Positions 50,032 to 61,659 of a stretch of DNA of 64,000 nucleotides are shown here, piece after piece. Position numbers and translations under genes: made by a program. The stretch comes from Podarcis erhardii (Eukaryota): the NCBI GenBank assembly GCA_964252035.1, contig OZ176205.1, one strand, 5' to 3'. The stretch's first letter is position 1. Each line of letters starts with the position of its first letter. The notes under the pieces are model-generated. The model ran no database searches and was not told where the DNA came from. It saw only the letters and a list, made by a program, of their open reading frames with translations.

Positions 50032-50219
50032 GTAAAGAATGCACGGTTTTCTGAGGCTGGCCAAACTCCCAAATACCCCAGCTTTTGTGAGGCCAGGAAT
50101 AACTTCACTTTGCATTCTGAATGTGATCCAATCATCCCACTTTCCTCAAAGGGCCCCGGTGGGACAAGGGCCCAGTCTCAGCGGAGATAGGTGGTGAGTC
50201 TGTGCTCTATGAGCAGGAA

Positions 50220-50560
50220 TCGGTTCCAATTAATCCCCTCTCAGCTTGGCCTGCCCGCTTCATTACCTCCCCTTGATGAGAACCATCAGTGGGGCCTGTA
50301 TGATTTTGCTAATTAGCCTCACTTCGTTTATCATTTCCATTTTCTCTCAGCGACGCACGGCTTGCTGGGCGACAGCTTCATCTCCTGCTGAAACAATGCG
50401 GCCCCTTCTGTGCCTGTCTCACTTAGCGCTGTCACTGCAGCCATTATGAAATTGGGGTTTCATTTACACACTAATTAAACATTACAGCTTGTTCACAATT
50501 ACAACACGGGGATGAGGAGGTAACTAATTACTTAAGAAATGAGCTAACATTTATCTCCAA
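50220..50560. promoter_or_regulatory. Candidate conserved non-coding element 9 (homeobox-rich)
   Basis: TAATCC 50231-50236, CTAATTAG 50309-50316, CTAATTAA 50471-50478, TAATTA 50525-50530; CpGs retained. Confidence 0.6.
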
Positions 50561-51876
50561 TTCTCTTCTTTATCCATCTCCCCTCCCCACTCCCTCTGCA
50601 ATCAAGATTAGATTGTTGTTCAACAGAGATGGTGCTGGAGGCCCTTGGTAGCCTCAACCCATGCAGCCCCCCTTCTGAGAACACTTTGCGGGGTTCGGTC
50701 GTAGGACAATAAATCAGTCCCTAATTGCTGCTAAGGTTGCAGGGGACCACCAGAGTCACTAACACACCAGACAAAGGCTGAGGAAGCAAGGACCTTGGCA
50801 CTCGCCCTAAGTATTGTCAGGGAGGGCGGTTGAGTTGATGCATGTGTCTCCCCCACCCCACCTCAGATAATAATAAGAAAAATACACGGGGACCAGCATT
50901 TTTCATCTGGGGAAAACAGACTAATTCATTGCTAATTTACCTCTGAAAAAGGCCTCTGACCCCTATTCTTAATCACTGCTTTGCATCAGGCACTGCTCTA
51001 GGTGTTAGTGATTATGCCCTGTCCTTCATTAAGCCAGTAGCCCAGCCCCACAATATTTACTGACTTGCTCCCCTCCAAGTGGTCACAGTCTCGGGCTCAA
51101 ATATGTGTTTGTATTTGTGCTGTTATAATCCAGAACCAGGCAGTACAAGCATTGAGGAAAATCAATGGTTCTTTTTATTTCCCCAGGGAGGCGTAGACAG
51201 GGAGTTAACTGCCACGACAGTTTGGGCTGCAGCCAACACCACTGTTCCCTTCTGATTTGGTCATTCCTGTCACATAGGGAGCCAAGCTAGTCTTCTTGCA
51301 CCCTTGCAACAGAGACTAAGCTGTTTGCCAAACAGTATTCACTCCCTTCCTACCCACAAAAAAATTATGTTACTGAGTAAAGCTAAGCTTTTGGTTTAAC
51401 TTGCCTACTTACCTGTTTAAAATTAGTTTACTTGTAACTTTAAAAAAAAAAACCACTGAAGTACTTTAATGAAGTTTGGTGCGCATGTTCTAGATTTCAA
51501 GTTTTAAAACCAGCTCAGCCCCCATACCCATCCTCAAAGTCAGAGAGGGACCTGCAAAATATTATGGTATTTGCCTAAAAGGCAGAGACATCAGGAAGAA
51601 TGTTGGTGTGCACTTTAGAACATTTTTTTAAAAAGGGGTGCAGATTACAAAATTTCTTGGTACATGATTATTTAAAGTAAGAACTCTAGAATGTCATTTA
51701 CTAATAATATTTGTGCTTTATTAGTATTATTTGTATTGCACAAATGTTCTTAAATGGAGCAATTAATACCTAGAAGGACAGCTATTACCAAAAGGACTCT
51801 CGGCTCAAAATCAGAACAAACTGCCAAAATGTGTGCTTATTGGTTTCATGCATCTCCCACTCTTCCTTTAGAACTA

Positions 51877-52211
51877 CAGTGGTGCCTCGCAAGACAAAAT
51901 TAATCCGTTCCGCGAGTCTCTTCGTCTAGTGTTTTTTTCGTCTTGCGAAGCAAGCCCATTGACGGCTTAGCGGATTAGCGCTATTAGCGGCTTTTAGCGG
52001 CTTATCGGCTTAGCGGATAAGCAGATAAGCGGCTTAGTGGCTTAGAAAAAGCGGGGGGAGGAAAAACCCCCCGCAGGAACTCGCAAGACATTTTCGTCTT
52101 GCAAAGCAAGCCCATAGGAAATTCGTTTTGCGAAGCACCTCCAAAACGGAAAACCCTTTCGTCTAGCGGGTTTTCCGTCTTGCGAGGCATTTGTCTTGTG
52201 GGGCACCACTG
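51877..52211 (+). mobile_element. Young Tc1/mariner (Tigger-like) MITE with internal TTAGCGG array (strand is relative orientation only)
   Basis: ta|cagtggtgcctcgcaagac ... gtcttgtggggcaccactg|ta; many CpGs intact. Confidence 0.9.
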
Positions 52212-52277
52212 TAATTAGTTAAGAAATGAGCTAACTTTTATATCAAATTCTGCTCCTCTTTGTTTTACCATGTTTGT

Positions 52278-52415
52278 ATCACAACCAACCCAGTGTGGTA
52301 GGCTATACTGAAGGATAGTGACTGTTCAAGCCATGTGGAGCTTGGCTGAGTGGATATTTAAACCTAAGTTTCCCACATACAAATCAATATTCTAGCCGCA
52401 ACGCCACAAATGTTT
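52278..52415 (-). mobile_element. Decayed MIR/Ther1-derived SINE
   Basis: cacaaccaacccagtgtggtaggct...gtgactgttcaag...ggctgagtggatatttaaacc. Confidence 0.5.
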
Positions 52416-53189
52416 TCATACACTCTGTTTACAGAGAAAAACAATTGTAGATGCACCATTCCATCAAAAGCCAGGGATCCTAAGGGCTAGGGCTATATTG
52501 CAGGAAGGGTTGGATGGGCCAGGCCCAGAATAAAACCTTTTTCTTGAGATGGGTTTCCAGTCAGGCTATCAGAGCCGTTGCCAGCATTTATATATCCAAA
52601 TAGGTGCAGGCATGACTGTGGTTCAATATGAGAGGCCAAGAAGGGAAGATGGCTCAAGGGTGGGGGTGGAGAAGGGGCACAGATGCAGCTAACTGGCTGG
52701 GTAGGCATGATGTCTGTCTACATTCTCAACTACAGGGGTTGAGATGGACCTTGCACACAGTCTGATGTGTTCAACTCAGTGACGACCAACTCATCTTGAA
52801 GAGACATTTTCTTCAGGGAGGAATTAACATTTACAAATGAGACCTATTAGAGTAAATAAAGGCGATTGTCATTTGGCTCAGGAGGCAATGGAGACCATAG
52901 GCTTAGATACAAATCTGATTAGGGAGATGCGCCATTTGGAGGGGGAGGCAGCCTTTGGCACTGATTGTGTGTGTGTGTTATTTATTTATTGACTTGGACA
53001 CAGGAGCATTGTACATTTAGCCTAGGCAAAGCAGCAGGATGGCAGGGGACATGCTTATGAGGCAGATTTGGAATGGACTAGGCAGGTTGGTGAGGAATAT
53101 TACCACAATTATCAGGTCAAAATAATCAGGACATGGGGGCACTAAACAGAATGACACTGTTGAGACCAACAGTATATCTTCCTTTGCAA

Positions 53190-53567
53190 GGGTTGCGGGT
53201 GGCGTTGTGGTCTAAACCACTGAGCCTCTGGGGCTTGCTGATCAGAAGGTCAGCGGTTTGAATCTGTGCAACTGGGTGAGCTCCTGTTGCTCCATCCCAG
53301 CTTCTGTCAACCTAGCAGTTTGAAAGCACACCAGTGCAAGTAGATAAATAGGTATCACTTTGTCAGCAAGGTAAACAGTGTTTCCGTGCGCTCTGGCTTC
53401 CGTCACGGTGTTCCGTAGTGCCAGAAATGGTTTAGTCATCCTGGCCACATGACCTGTCTGTGGACAAATGCCGGCTCCCTCGGCCTGAAAGCGAGATGAG
53501 CGCCACACCCCAAAGTCACCTTTGACTGGACTTAACTGTACAGGGGTTCTATACCTTTTTACCTTAC
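53190..53567 (+). mobile_element. Sauria SINE (Squam1), near full length
   Basis: tRNA-like head gggttgcgggtggcgttgtggtctaaaccac, B box ggtttgaatc, body gtagataaatagg, Bov-B-type tail accttttaccttac. Confidence 0.88.
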
Positions 53568-54539
53568 ATTACTTTTAAACTAGCATACAAAAAAAATAAA
53601 TCTGTTACTGAGTTGAGTGGTCTGATTAGAATGCAATAATGCCCTCATATACCGTGTCATGCTGGGGTAAAAGGCCATAAGCTCCAACAGATTTGATGTC
53701 AAAACCAGCAAGAAAGGAAAGAGGAGAGGAAAGACAAATTAGGATCACCAAAGTAAAGCACCAAATGCTGTTGCCTACAAACCCAACTGAAGAAGAAAAA
53801 TGCCACCATACCTGAAAATGCTTCTTAACTGTTTTGGTAACCTGAAGAGGGTCTTTCCTAGTAAAGTACCAGAACAGTAGGGAGGCTGACCTGGAGCCAG
53901 TTCCAAACAAACTGAAATTGGGGGTGAGGTGCTACAACTTTTAATTCACGTTTCCCAGAAACAAAGTCTGATTTATGCAAATAGAAATGTGGAGCTTCTT
54001 GAAAGAGAACCAGTACGTGACAAACCAACCTTGTGAAGTAACTTGCTGCCTGTTTTTCAAGTGATACTCAAGACATCATTACAAAACCACCAAGAAAGAA
54101 GACATGCACAAGGCCTGGTGAAAACTGGAGTGGCAGAAGATTTCACACTAACAGCTTGCCACACACAAGCATCACCCAGGTTCACTGCAGCTTGTGTTAA
54201 CTTTAAAAAATAAATGCCTGGCCATTATGAAGGTCCCCAATTGTTCCTTGGCTACATAATCCTGGAGTGTACCATGGACAGGGGTAGTTTTGGCTCTCGC
54301 AAGAGAGCGCTTTAGGAATGCTTAAAATATATGGGCCTAGAAATAGTTAAAGAATGAACAGGGATGGGGCTCTGTGGACTTTAATAATAGTAACTCCTCA
54401 TTCTCATAGTTTTTATCCTTCCTGTCTTTGGCCTACAAAAAATTCTCAGCTAAACTACTGACACCGGCTGGGAGCTTAGAACTCCCAAATCAAACAGGGC
54501 CCTTGATTCTCCAGCACATAATTGTGCTGCCCTTTCACC

Positions 54540-54920
54540 CCCACCTTCAATCAGTGCCGTTTAACTATCTCGTTTAGCCTACGCGACCCACCCCTCTGCT
54601 AACTAGCAGCCATATTCTTCTCATTAGGACAGAGGCTGCTCTTGCTTTACAGACAAGTAGAGACAAATCTGTAATGTCTCTCTCAACACAGTTATATATA
54701 GAAAGGGTTTGACGGGGGGAGGGGGTCAGGCAATCATGGTCTCCCACAAAACAGCCCAGCTTGCATCTGTCTCAGCCTGAATAATAAACCAGAAAAATTA
54801 CTGTATTTACCTTGCTCTTATTCCAGTAAATAAACATCAGGAAAGGGGGGGGGCGGTGGTAGGGAGGTTCACTCACCACAGAGCATATCTTTATACAAAA
54901 TGGCTGCCCTTACTGTGGGA
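54540..54920. promoter_or_regulatory. Candidate conserved non-coding element 10
   Basis: CpG retention, repeat-free; YY1-like AAAATGGCTGCC at 54897-54908. Confidence 0.4.
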
Positions 54921-56170
54921 CAAAATGTTTCCAAGGTAAAGAGACAAGCACTCTCACAAAGCCTTGGGTAGTCTTTGTTCATCAGGAGTACCTTTCTCCA
55001 GAACAAAAAAAAATACGACTTTTTGTTCAAGAGCAAACTGTACCTCTCTGCAGTAGTGCAGCTAGCAATGCTGGGGGAAGTTGGGTTAATTATTCATTCT
55101 GTGTACTCATCCTCTGCCTGAGAGGTTCACTTTTAAACTTCTCAGTCTTATGGGTCACCCAGAATCCAGAAAAACCCAAGTATCACTATGCCAAACAAAA
55201 TATCCCCAATCCTTCTGTAGTCTATTCCACCAATGAAGCATTCATATGCTATTATGTACACAAACCTATTCTCTTATGTACCATTCTACTAGCTCTGTAT
55301 TTGCTGTATTGTAGCTGTCAACTATTGGGCATAGAAAGCAGAAAGATTCTCTTCAGCACAATGACCAGGACCTCTGACATGATAAATCAGCATCACCCAA
55401 GCCAAAGTATATCAACTGTTATGCTCCTGTTGTTCCAGAAATTTTTGGAAGCCCAACATGAAAAACTGAGAATGGAATACACCAATCTTCTGCAGACTGT
55501 ATCTCAGTAATCATTCATTGGTCAATATCTATTACTTAGGTTTCAGGCCACAGGAAATACAGGGCTTCCAGGTACCATCCATACACCAGGCTCGAGAATT
55601 TAACATTGTTGAAGGACAGAACCTCAAGTATAGCTTTGAGAGCTATTGAAATGAAATTATAGTAAGACAATGTTCGGCCTTTCCCATCCTATACTGACAC
55701 CATGTTAAGGTACTTAACTGTATAAACAGATTTTCAGAAATACATCAGTGGAAGAACTGGTTCATTTCCTTACTCCAATACATGTAGGTGTGTTTCTTTG
55801 GTAGAGACCTATCAGTAAATAATATAATAAGTATCAATAGAAATAAAACCAGCAGCTGCCCCAAAGTTATATGAGACAAAGATGTAGATCAGTTAATTAG
55901 GTTTTCCTCCTTTTCTGATGATGAGAACCCCAGCTTGGGGGGGGGGGACACACCTTACTTCTTCCTAAAAGCTGGTGGCCTACCACAGAACATGTATTTT
56001 GGGTGGTGACACCTATTCTTTGAACTCCACCTCCTAACACAGTGCAGCAGACTCGAGAACTTGCCCCTTTAAAACCTTCCTTTACAGGCCAGCTTTTTAT
56101 TACAAGAGCTTGGGGTTTTTGTTTTTTTCATGCCTACTTCAAGTTTACCATGTCGTTCTTTTTATTAACA

Positions 56171-56310
56171 ACACAAGAAGAGCTTGCTGGATCAGGCCAA
56201 GGGCCCATCTAGTCTGCCAACCTGTGCTCACAGTGGCCAACCAGATACCCACTTGCTCCGCAGCTGCAGTTTCCAGCAACTGGTAATTCAGAAATATACT
56301 GCTTCCAAAT
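56171..56310 (-). mobile_element. CR1 LINE 3' end
   Basis: acaagaagagcttgctggatcaggccaagggcccatctagtc...cacagtggccaaccagat. Confidence 0.75.
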
Positions 56311-56558
56311 TTTGTACTTTTTCTGCATTGTTAAAATTCGCTGAATTATTAATTGTACCACATTGTAGGGTTTATTATTATTTTTTTTTTAAAAAAAAAA
56401 CATGTTGCAAAATAACAAGTGAAAAGGTTAGGTTTTTTCTTAAATTGGGGCAGCTACTTGTTGCAGAAATGCATGGTTTTGGTCACGTTACTAATATTCT
56501 ATACTGATATATACCAGAAGCCATGTATTTGAGCTTGAAAGTTGGACAATCTTTCCCA

Positions 56559-56686
56559 GGCCTGCAAAAGAGCTCTATGATGTTTTAAAGCTTGTCTCTT
56601 CTTCCAAGAAATGGTAGTCCAATAAGAGATTCTACTTGACCCACCTTGTCAGTCTCTTGCTTGCATCCTGGGACTAATACGGCTGT
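56559..56686 (+). mobile_element. Ancient decayed Penelope-like terminal repeat
   Basis: cctgcaaaagagctct...aaagcttgtctc...gtccaataagagat...cacccaccttgtc-like...catcctgggactaatacggct resembles an older reptile Penelope family as recalled; hammerhead core mutated. Confidence 0.55.
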
Positions 56687-57468
56687 GATCAGCTATTAAA
56701 AACATTCCAAGTTCATTATCTTGCAAAGACCAGCCAGGACATGGGGCAGTGAGGCTTAAACCAATTAACAGAACACTTCAGTTTTTAAGCAAGAAGAAGC
56801 TGTGAGTCAGGTCTTCAAGAGAGGGATGTCAATGCAACAGGAAGAAACATGTCACGGGTCACAGCAACTCTGAACAGAGGGGCCTGTTAGATCTTAACGA
56901 TGGTTGGGAAAAGCTGGTCAACTCAGGTCAGATAGTGCTGTTGCCAAGTCTAGGCTCTGCCACAGAATGCTTCCAAAGAAAGAAAACTTGAAGTTTTCAA
57001 GAGCAATATAGAAGTCTGCCAGATCTCCCAGAAAACAGGAATCCTGCAAGCAGCACAGTGCAAAAGTGAATGATCAAGCTCCTCATATACTGGCAAAAAT
57101 CTCATGTAGTCCCTAAACAAAATACCTGGTGCACATATGCAGGAATTTCACCTCTGATGTTAGTGAAAAGAAAACAAACAGATGAAAATAACAGAAATGA
57201 ATCACAAGGACTAAACAAAAACCCCTGGACTTAGTTTTAACTAGACACACTTAGAACAGCTCTTTCTGTTAGGCTGACAGAAATAAATACATAAATGGAT
57301 GGTTAAAGAGATTATTTTGTCCTGACCATGAACACTTAAGAAGAAAATGCTCAACATGAAAGGGCCTCTTTCAGAAGCAAATGGTGTCAAAGGAAAAAAA
57401 CTTATTCTAATTATATAATTAATATTATCATACCACCCAGCTTCATATCTTGCTTCTGAGTGAAGTTA

Positions 57469-57789
57469 CAGTGGTGCCCCGCAAGACGAACGCCTCGCAA
57501 GACGGAAAACCCGCTAGACAAAAGGGTTTTCCGTTTTGGAGGCGCTTCGCAAAACGAATTTCCCTATGGGCTTGCTTTGCAAGACGAAAATGTCTTGCGA
57601 GTTCCTGCGGGGTTTTTTCCCCTTCCCCCCACCCTTTTTCTAAGCCGCTAAGCCGCTTATCAGCTGATCCGCTAAGCCGCTAATAGCGCTAATCCGCTAA
57701 GCCGTCAATGGGCTTGCTTCGCAAGACAAAAAACCGCTAGACGAAGAGACTCGCGGAACGGATTAATTTCGTCTTGTGAGGCACCACTG
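57469..57789 (-). mobile_element. Young Tc1/mariner (Tigger-like) MITE, inverted copy of 51877-52211
   Basis: ta|cagtggtgccccgcaagac ... gtcttgtgaggcaccactg|ta; reverse complement aligns along the whole 51877 copy. Confidence 0.9.
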
Positions 57790-58659
57790 TACATAGAACC
57801 AAAAATCAAAGGCAAGGGAGGGCCTAGTAGATACGCAGAACAAAAACAGGATGTGTTATGAATTCCAAAGAAGAATTCCAATTTGAGAAGTATTTGTCAT
57901 CTCTAATTATAAAAAAAATCTCTGAGCCCAGTTTTTAAACTGCTCTCCTTTCCTCATCTCAAGCCAGGTAAGACGAGAGGAGAAGCTGGTAGTTGTTTTG
58001 GGCTTCAAAACTTCCAATGGATGAATGATTGAAAATTCAGTAATACACACTCAATCAAAACACCCATAGGTGAACCCTGAAAGAGATAAAACATCACGGC
58101 AGAGAAAGTCAAGGGTGACCAATTTTGAATGAAACCATTTTTTGGCCTTAAAATCCAGAACATTTTGTGACGACATCTACCTGTCTCCAGTTTGAAAGTC
58201 CTGATAACTAGTTCCAAACAGAGCAAACTAAACTTATGCCCATTTAGCACAGTGGCTATGGTAAGTCAACATCCCATTATTAGCTGTCCATTAGTCAATT
58301 GGCTTTAGGTGGGAGAACTATGTTTAAAAGATCACGCTATACCTCACACATGCTGGGTAGCAAGACACCCCTTACTGTCCCCCTGTCCAAAGGGAAACTT
58401 CTTTAAAGGCCTATTTCAATCCTTGCCAACCCTTTTTTGCTAGAGGAAAAGGGGAGGGATAGTAGGAAGTTAAAGAGAATTGTCTTGCTACTCAAAGCCT
58501 TTAACAACTATTTTTAATATCAGGCTGAGGAGCTGGATTTTGAAATGAAACAGCCAGTTCCCCTTTGATGCAGGAACTACAGATCTTGAAACAAGGTCCA
58601 TTCCCTCCTCCTTCACTAACTAACAGCCATATTTCTCTCATTAAAAGGCAATCTGACTG

Positions 58660-59290
58660 TATTTCCAAACTTCTTAACAAGGCGATCACCGTAATTTGAG
58701 GTTTCTATTATCCCTGTCCTATTTCAGTTGGATCGAGAAGCAGTGTGCTCTTTGGGGGCTGGGGGGGGGTGCAGTTGCCTCTGTTCACCACCCTCTCAAA
58801 CTGCTGCCAGTGATAATGATGACTTGTGAATATTGATTAAACAAGACTACCGAGAGGGCGATGTTGGCTTTTTTTTGTTCAGGGTGGAAGCAGATAATAA
58901 GAAATAAAATATAAGCCAAATCAAAATGAAGTTTGTTTATCTCCCATCTAGAGTTTGGTCTTATACCTCCTGGAGAATACAAATTAATCTGATGCACCCT
59001 TTCTCCTTCCTATCACTTCCAATCTCCCATCACCCTGTCCCCTTCCCAAACGCACAGAGCCAGCGCTCCAAAAAACCTCCCTCTTTGGATCGTTCTCTGC
59101 CCTCCCAGCACCCTCACTCCTCTGAGCCAGCTCTGCCAGATGGATGCAATTTGCATAATATCACCAGCAGAGGCTGCAGGATCAACAGGGGTCAGGCTCT
59201 GACATCTCCAGCACAGTCTATCTCCGAGTGCTAATTTGGACTGCATTGATCTCTCTTTCTGATTTCTTTGTCATTTATGTCTGCAGCAGT
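58660..59290. promoter_or_regulatory. Candidate conserved non-coding element cluster 11
   Basis: TTGATTAA, AAATTAAT, octamer ATTTGCAT 59149-59156, TAATTTG cores; repeat-free. Confidence 0.5.
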
Positions 59291-60333
59291 TTGACAGGAG
59301 ATATGGAGACAGGCAAGGTGGGGGGGAGAGAGGCAAGTGGGGGGAGGCAAGGAGAGAAACAAAGATTGTAGTTACAGATGTCTTTAAGGAAAGAAAAAGA
59401 TTAAGCCAAGGACTCCGCTGAGGGTCGAAGCTCAGAGACATCCTAATTACCTTGTTCTTAGGGATTCTTGTACAGACTTAGAGGGGGGTCTTGTCATGGA
59501 ACTTGCAGGAAAGGAAACTTGCTAAATTGCAATGGAGTGCCTCCAGTTGGCTGCTATCCACACACCCCCACAGCCCACCCCCATGCCACACCTCTCAGTG
59601 GTTTCTCATTAGGTAAATGCCGGGCTGCTAAAAGCCAGAATCATCCAAAAGCACATCCTCACCTCCATACCTCTCCAGAATGTCTCATTAAAGACAAAAA
59701 CAAGGCTGCTCCATAATGCAGCCAGGTGCCAGCTCAAAAAGCTGGCAATGAGCAATTTCCCTGCCACACACCCATGGTTTGGAATGTAATGGGGAAAGTC
59801 CAGCCCCTCGCCCCAGCACCATCAGTGCCCAGCCACAATGCAGGATGCTTTCTGCTTTGATTATGTTTTCACATTGTTTTATGCATTTAATATTCAACTT
59901 TAATGTCAACCAACTTGAGGGCCTTTGATAGACAGAAAAGATGTGGGAGGGGCCAAGCATGCTATAAATACTTTCCTCCTTTAAGCAAAGCTCTGTTAGA
60001 TACACCTATTCAAAACATTCCATTTACACTCATTTTTATGCACTTTGCACGATCTTTTGCCTGCCCATTTCCGAAAGCATTAAGTTTCAACATGTTGGTA
60101 GCCAGCCAGCATTTGAAGTAGGCCCTAATATCTCCTCTTCCCCAAGTCCCCTGTCTCTCCTACACAGAAGACTTGGGAGAGGAATTCAGTCTCTCACCAC
60201 ATACTAGGCTTGAACCCTTTCAGAAACAGCACTGGGAAACGTTTCTATCCACTTGAATAAGTCTCCAGATCATGGTGTAAGCAAACTAAATCTCTTTACC
60301 TCTCTTTCCCCCAAGTTCTAAAGAAGATTGGAG

Positions 60334-60502
60334 CAGTGGCGTAGCGTGGGGGGTGCAGGGGGGGCCGGCCGCACCGGGCGCAACATCTGGGGGTTAGGGT
60401 TAGGGGGTGCAAATCCACGGGTTAGGGGGCGCAAATCCACGGGTTAGGGGGCGCAAATTACTTGCCTTGCCCCGGGTGCTGACAACCCACGCTACGCCAC
60501 TG
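60334..60502. mobile_element. hAT MITE containing TTAGGG-based internal repeats
   Basis: Perfect 17-bp TIR cagtggcgtagcgtggg; perfect 8-bp TSD gattggag (60326-60333, 60503-60510). Confidence 0.93.
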
Positions 60503-60625
60503 GATTGGAGAGGGAAGGGATCATTCTAGCATCTTGCACAGGATTCACTTATGAGTGTCTCCCAGACCAGCATCAGCTATGGAGTCTGCACAGCGTGCTT
60601 CCTGATTTGCATGAAGAGCTATTTT

Positions 60626-60665
60626 AGGAGGAGGAGGAGGAGGAGGAGGAGGAGGAGGAGGAGGA
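60626..60665. repeat. (AGG)13 microsatellite
   Basis: Seen directly; source of the poly-Pro ORF 60545..60739. Confidence 0.95.
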
Positions 60666-61659
60666 ATATTAAAAAATGAGTTTTTCCAAAGTCCCATGCT
60701 CTTTGTGTGCATGTGTGAAGCTGTACAAAACAGCTTCACAAACTCTGTTCCTAGCCTTTTCTAATGTACTGACATCACCTCAGTCCTCAACTTCAGGGAA
60801 GGCAGGTACAGGATATGTGTTTGATGTGTTGCAGATCCAGCTTGTGAAAATCCAGACACAGGCTAAGAATGACCCTCTCCTAACACTATTCAGAGCCTGA
60901 GGTCCAGACATTCAGTGACATGAGTGAGCACATTTAGACAAGGCTGTTCCATGCCCTCACCAAAATCCACCGTTTAATCTGGCTAACTGCTGGGGGTTTT
61001 TTTCTTCTAAAAGGAGAAGCACTTGAATATGCATGTGTTTGTGTGGTTTAAGCAACATACACATGAATGAAAAAGTTTCTTTGCAGCATTCCTCCCCAAT
61101 AGTTTTGAAGAAAGAAGCTGCACTAATGACTGCATGCAGCAAAAAACAAACAAACCCATATGGTCTGGACTGTATCACTAGCAATCAAGCTAAAATGGCC
61201 ACTGCAGCTCACTTGGCAGCGACTATCATGGATAGCCTACCCAAAATATTATGGGTCTACCTTTGCCATTGCTGGGTGTGGAAAGTATGTTGCAGTGAAT
61301 AGCAGAATGACATAGAAAGACAAGAAGTCAACACAAACACCCAATCATATTCTATCATCCCACCCCCACCTCCCGGCAACCCAGTTTCTTTGTTATCCAT
61401 AGGAAACAGTTGAAAGGCCTTGAGTCCTCCATTGTAACATGCATAGGAATAGAGCAGCAGTGATAAGAACATGCCCCCTGCCGCTGCCAGGAAAAAAGAA
61501 GCGCTGAATCTTTGCTAAAAAGGGCTGAACGCTGGCAAGAGTGTTCTGTCACTTTTGCGCACAGTAATCCACTGTGCCACTGAGTCCCATCAGAGGGATT
61601 TTGAAAACTTAAATGACTGAAAGCAAAAGAGCACCAGCTCAAGGTTCCCAGCCAGCCCA

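Noticed and set aside
60824-60835. gatgtgttgcag (LQHI on minus strand) as the missing ERI3 penultimate exon
   Set aside because: Flanking codons do not give GRPHSG or KGLSL, and there is no donor site.
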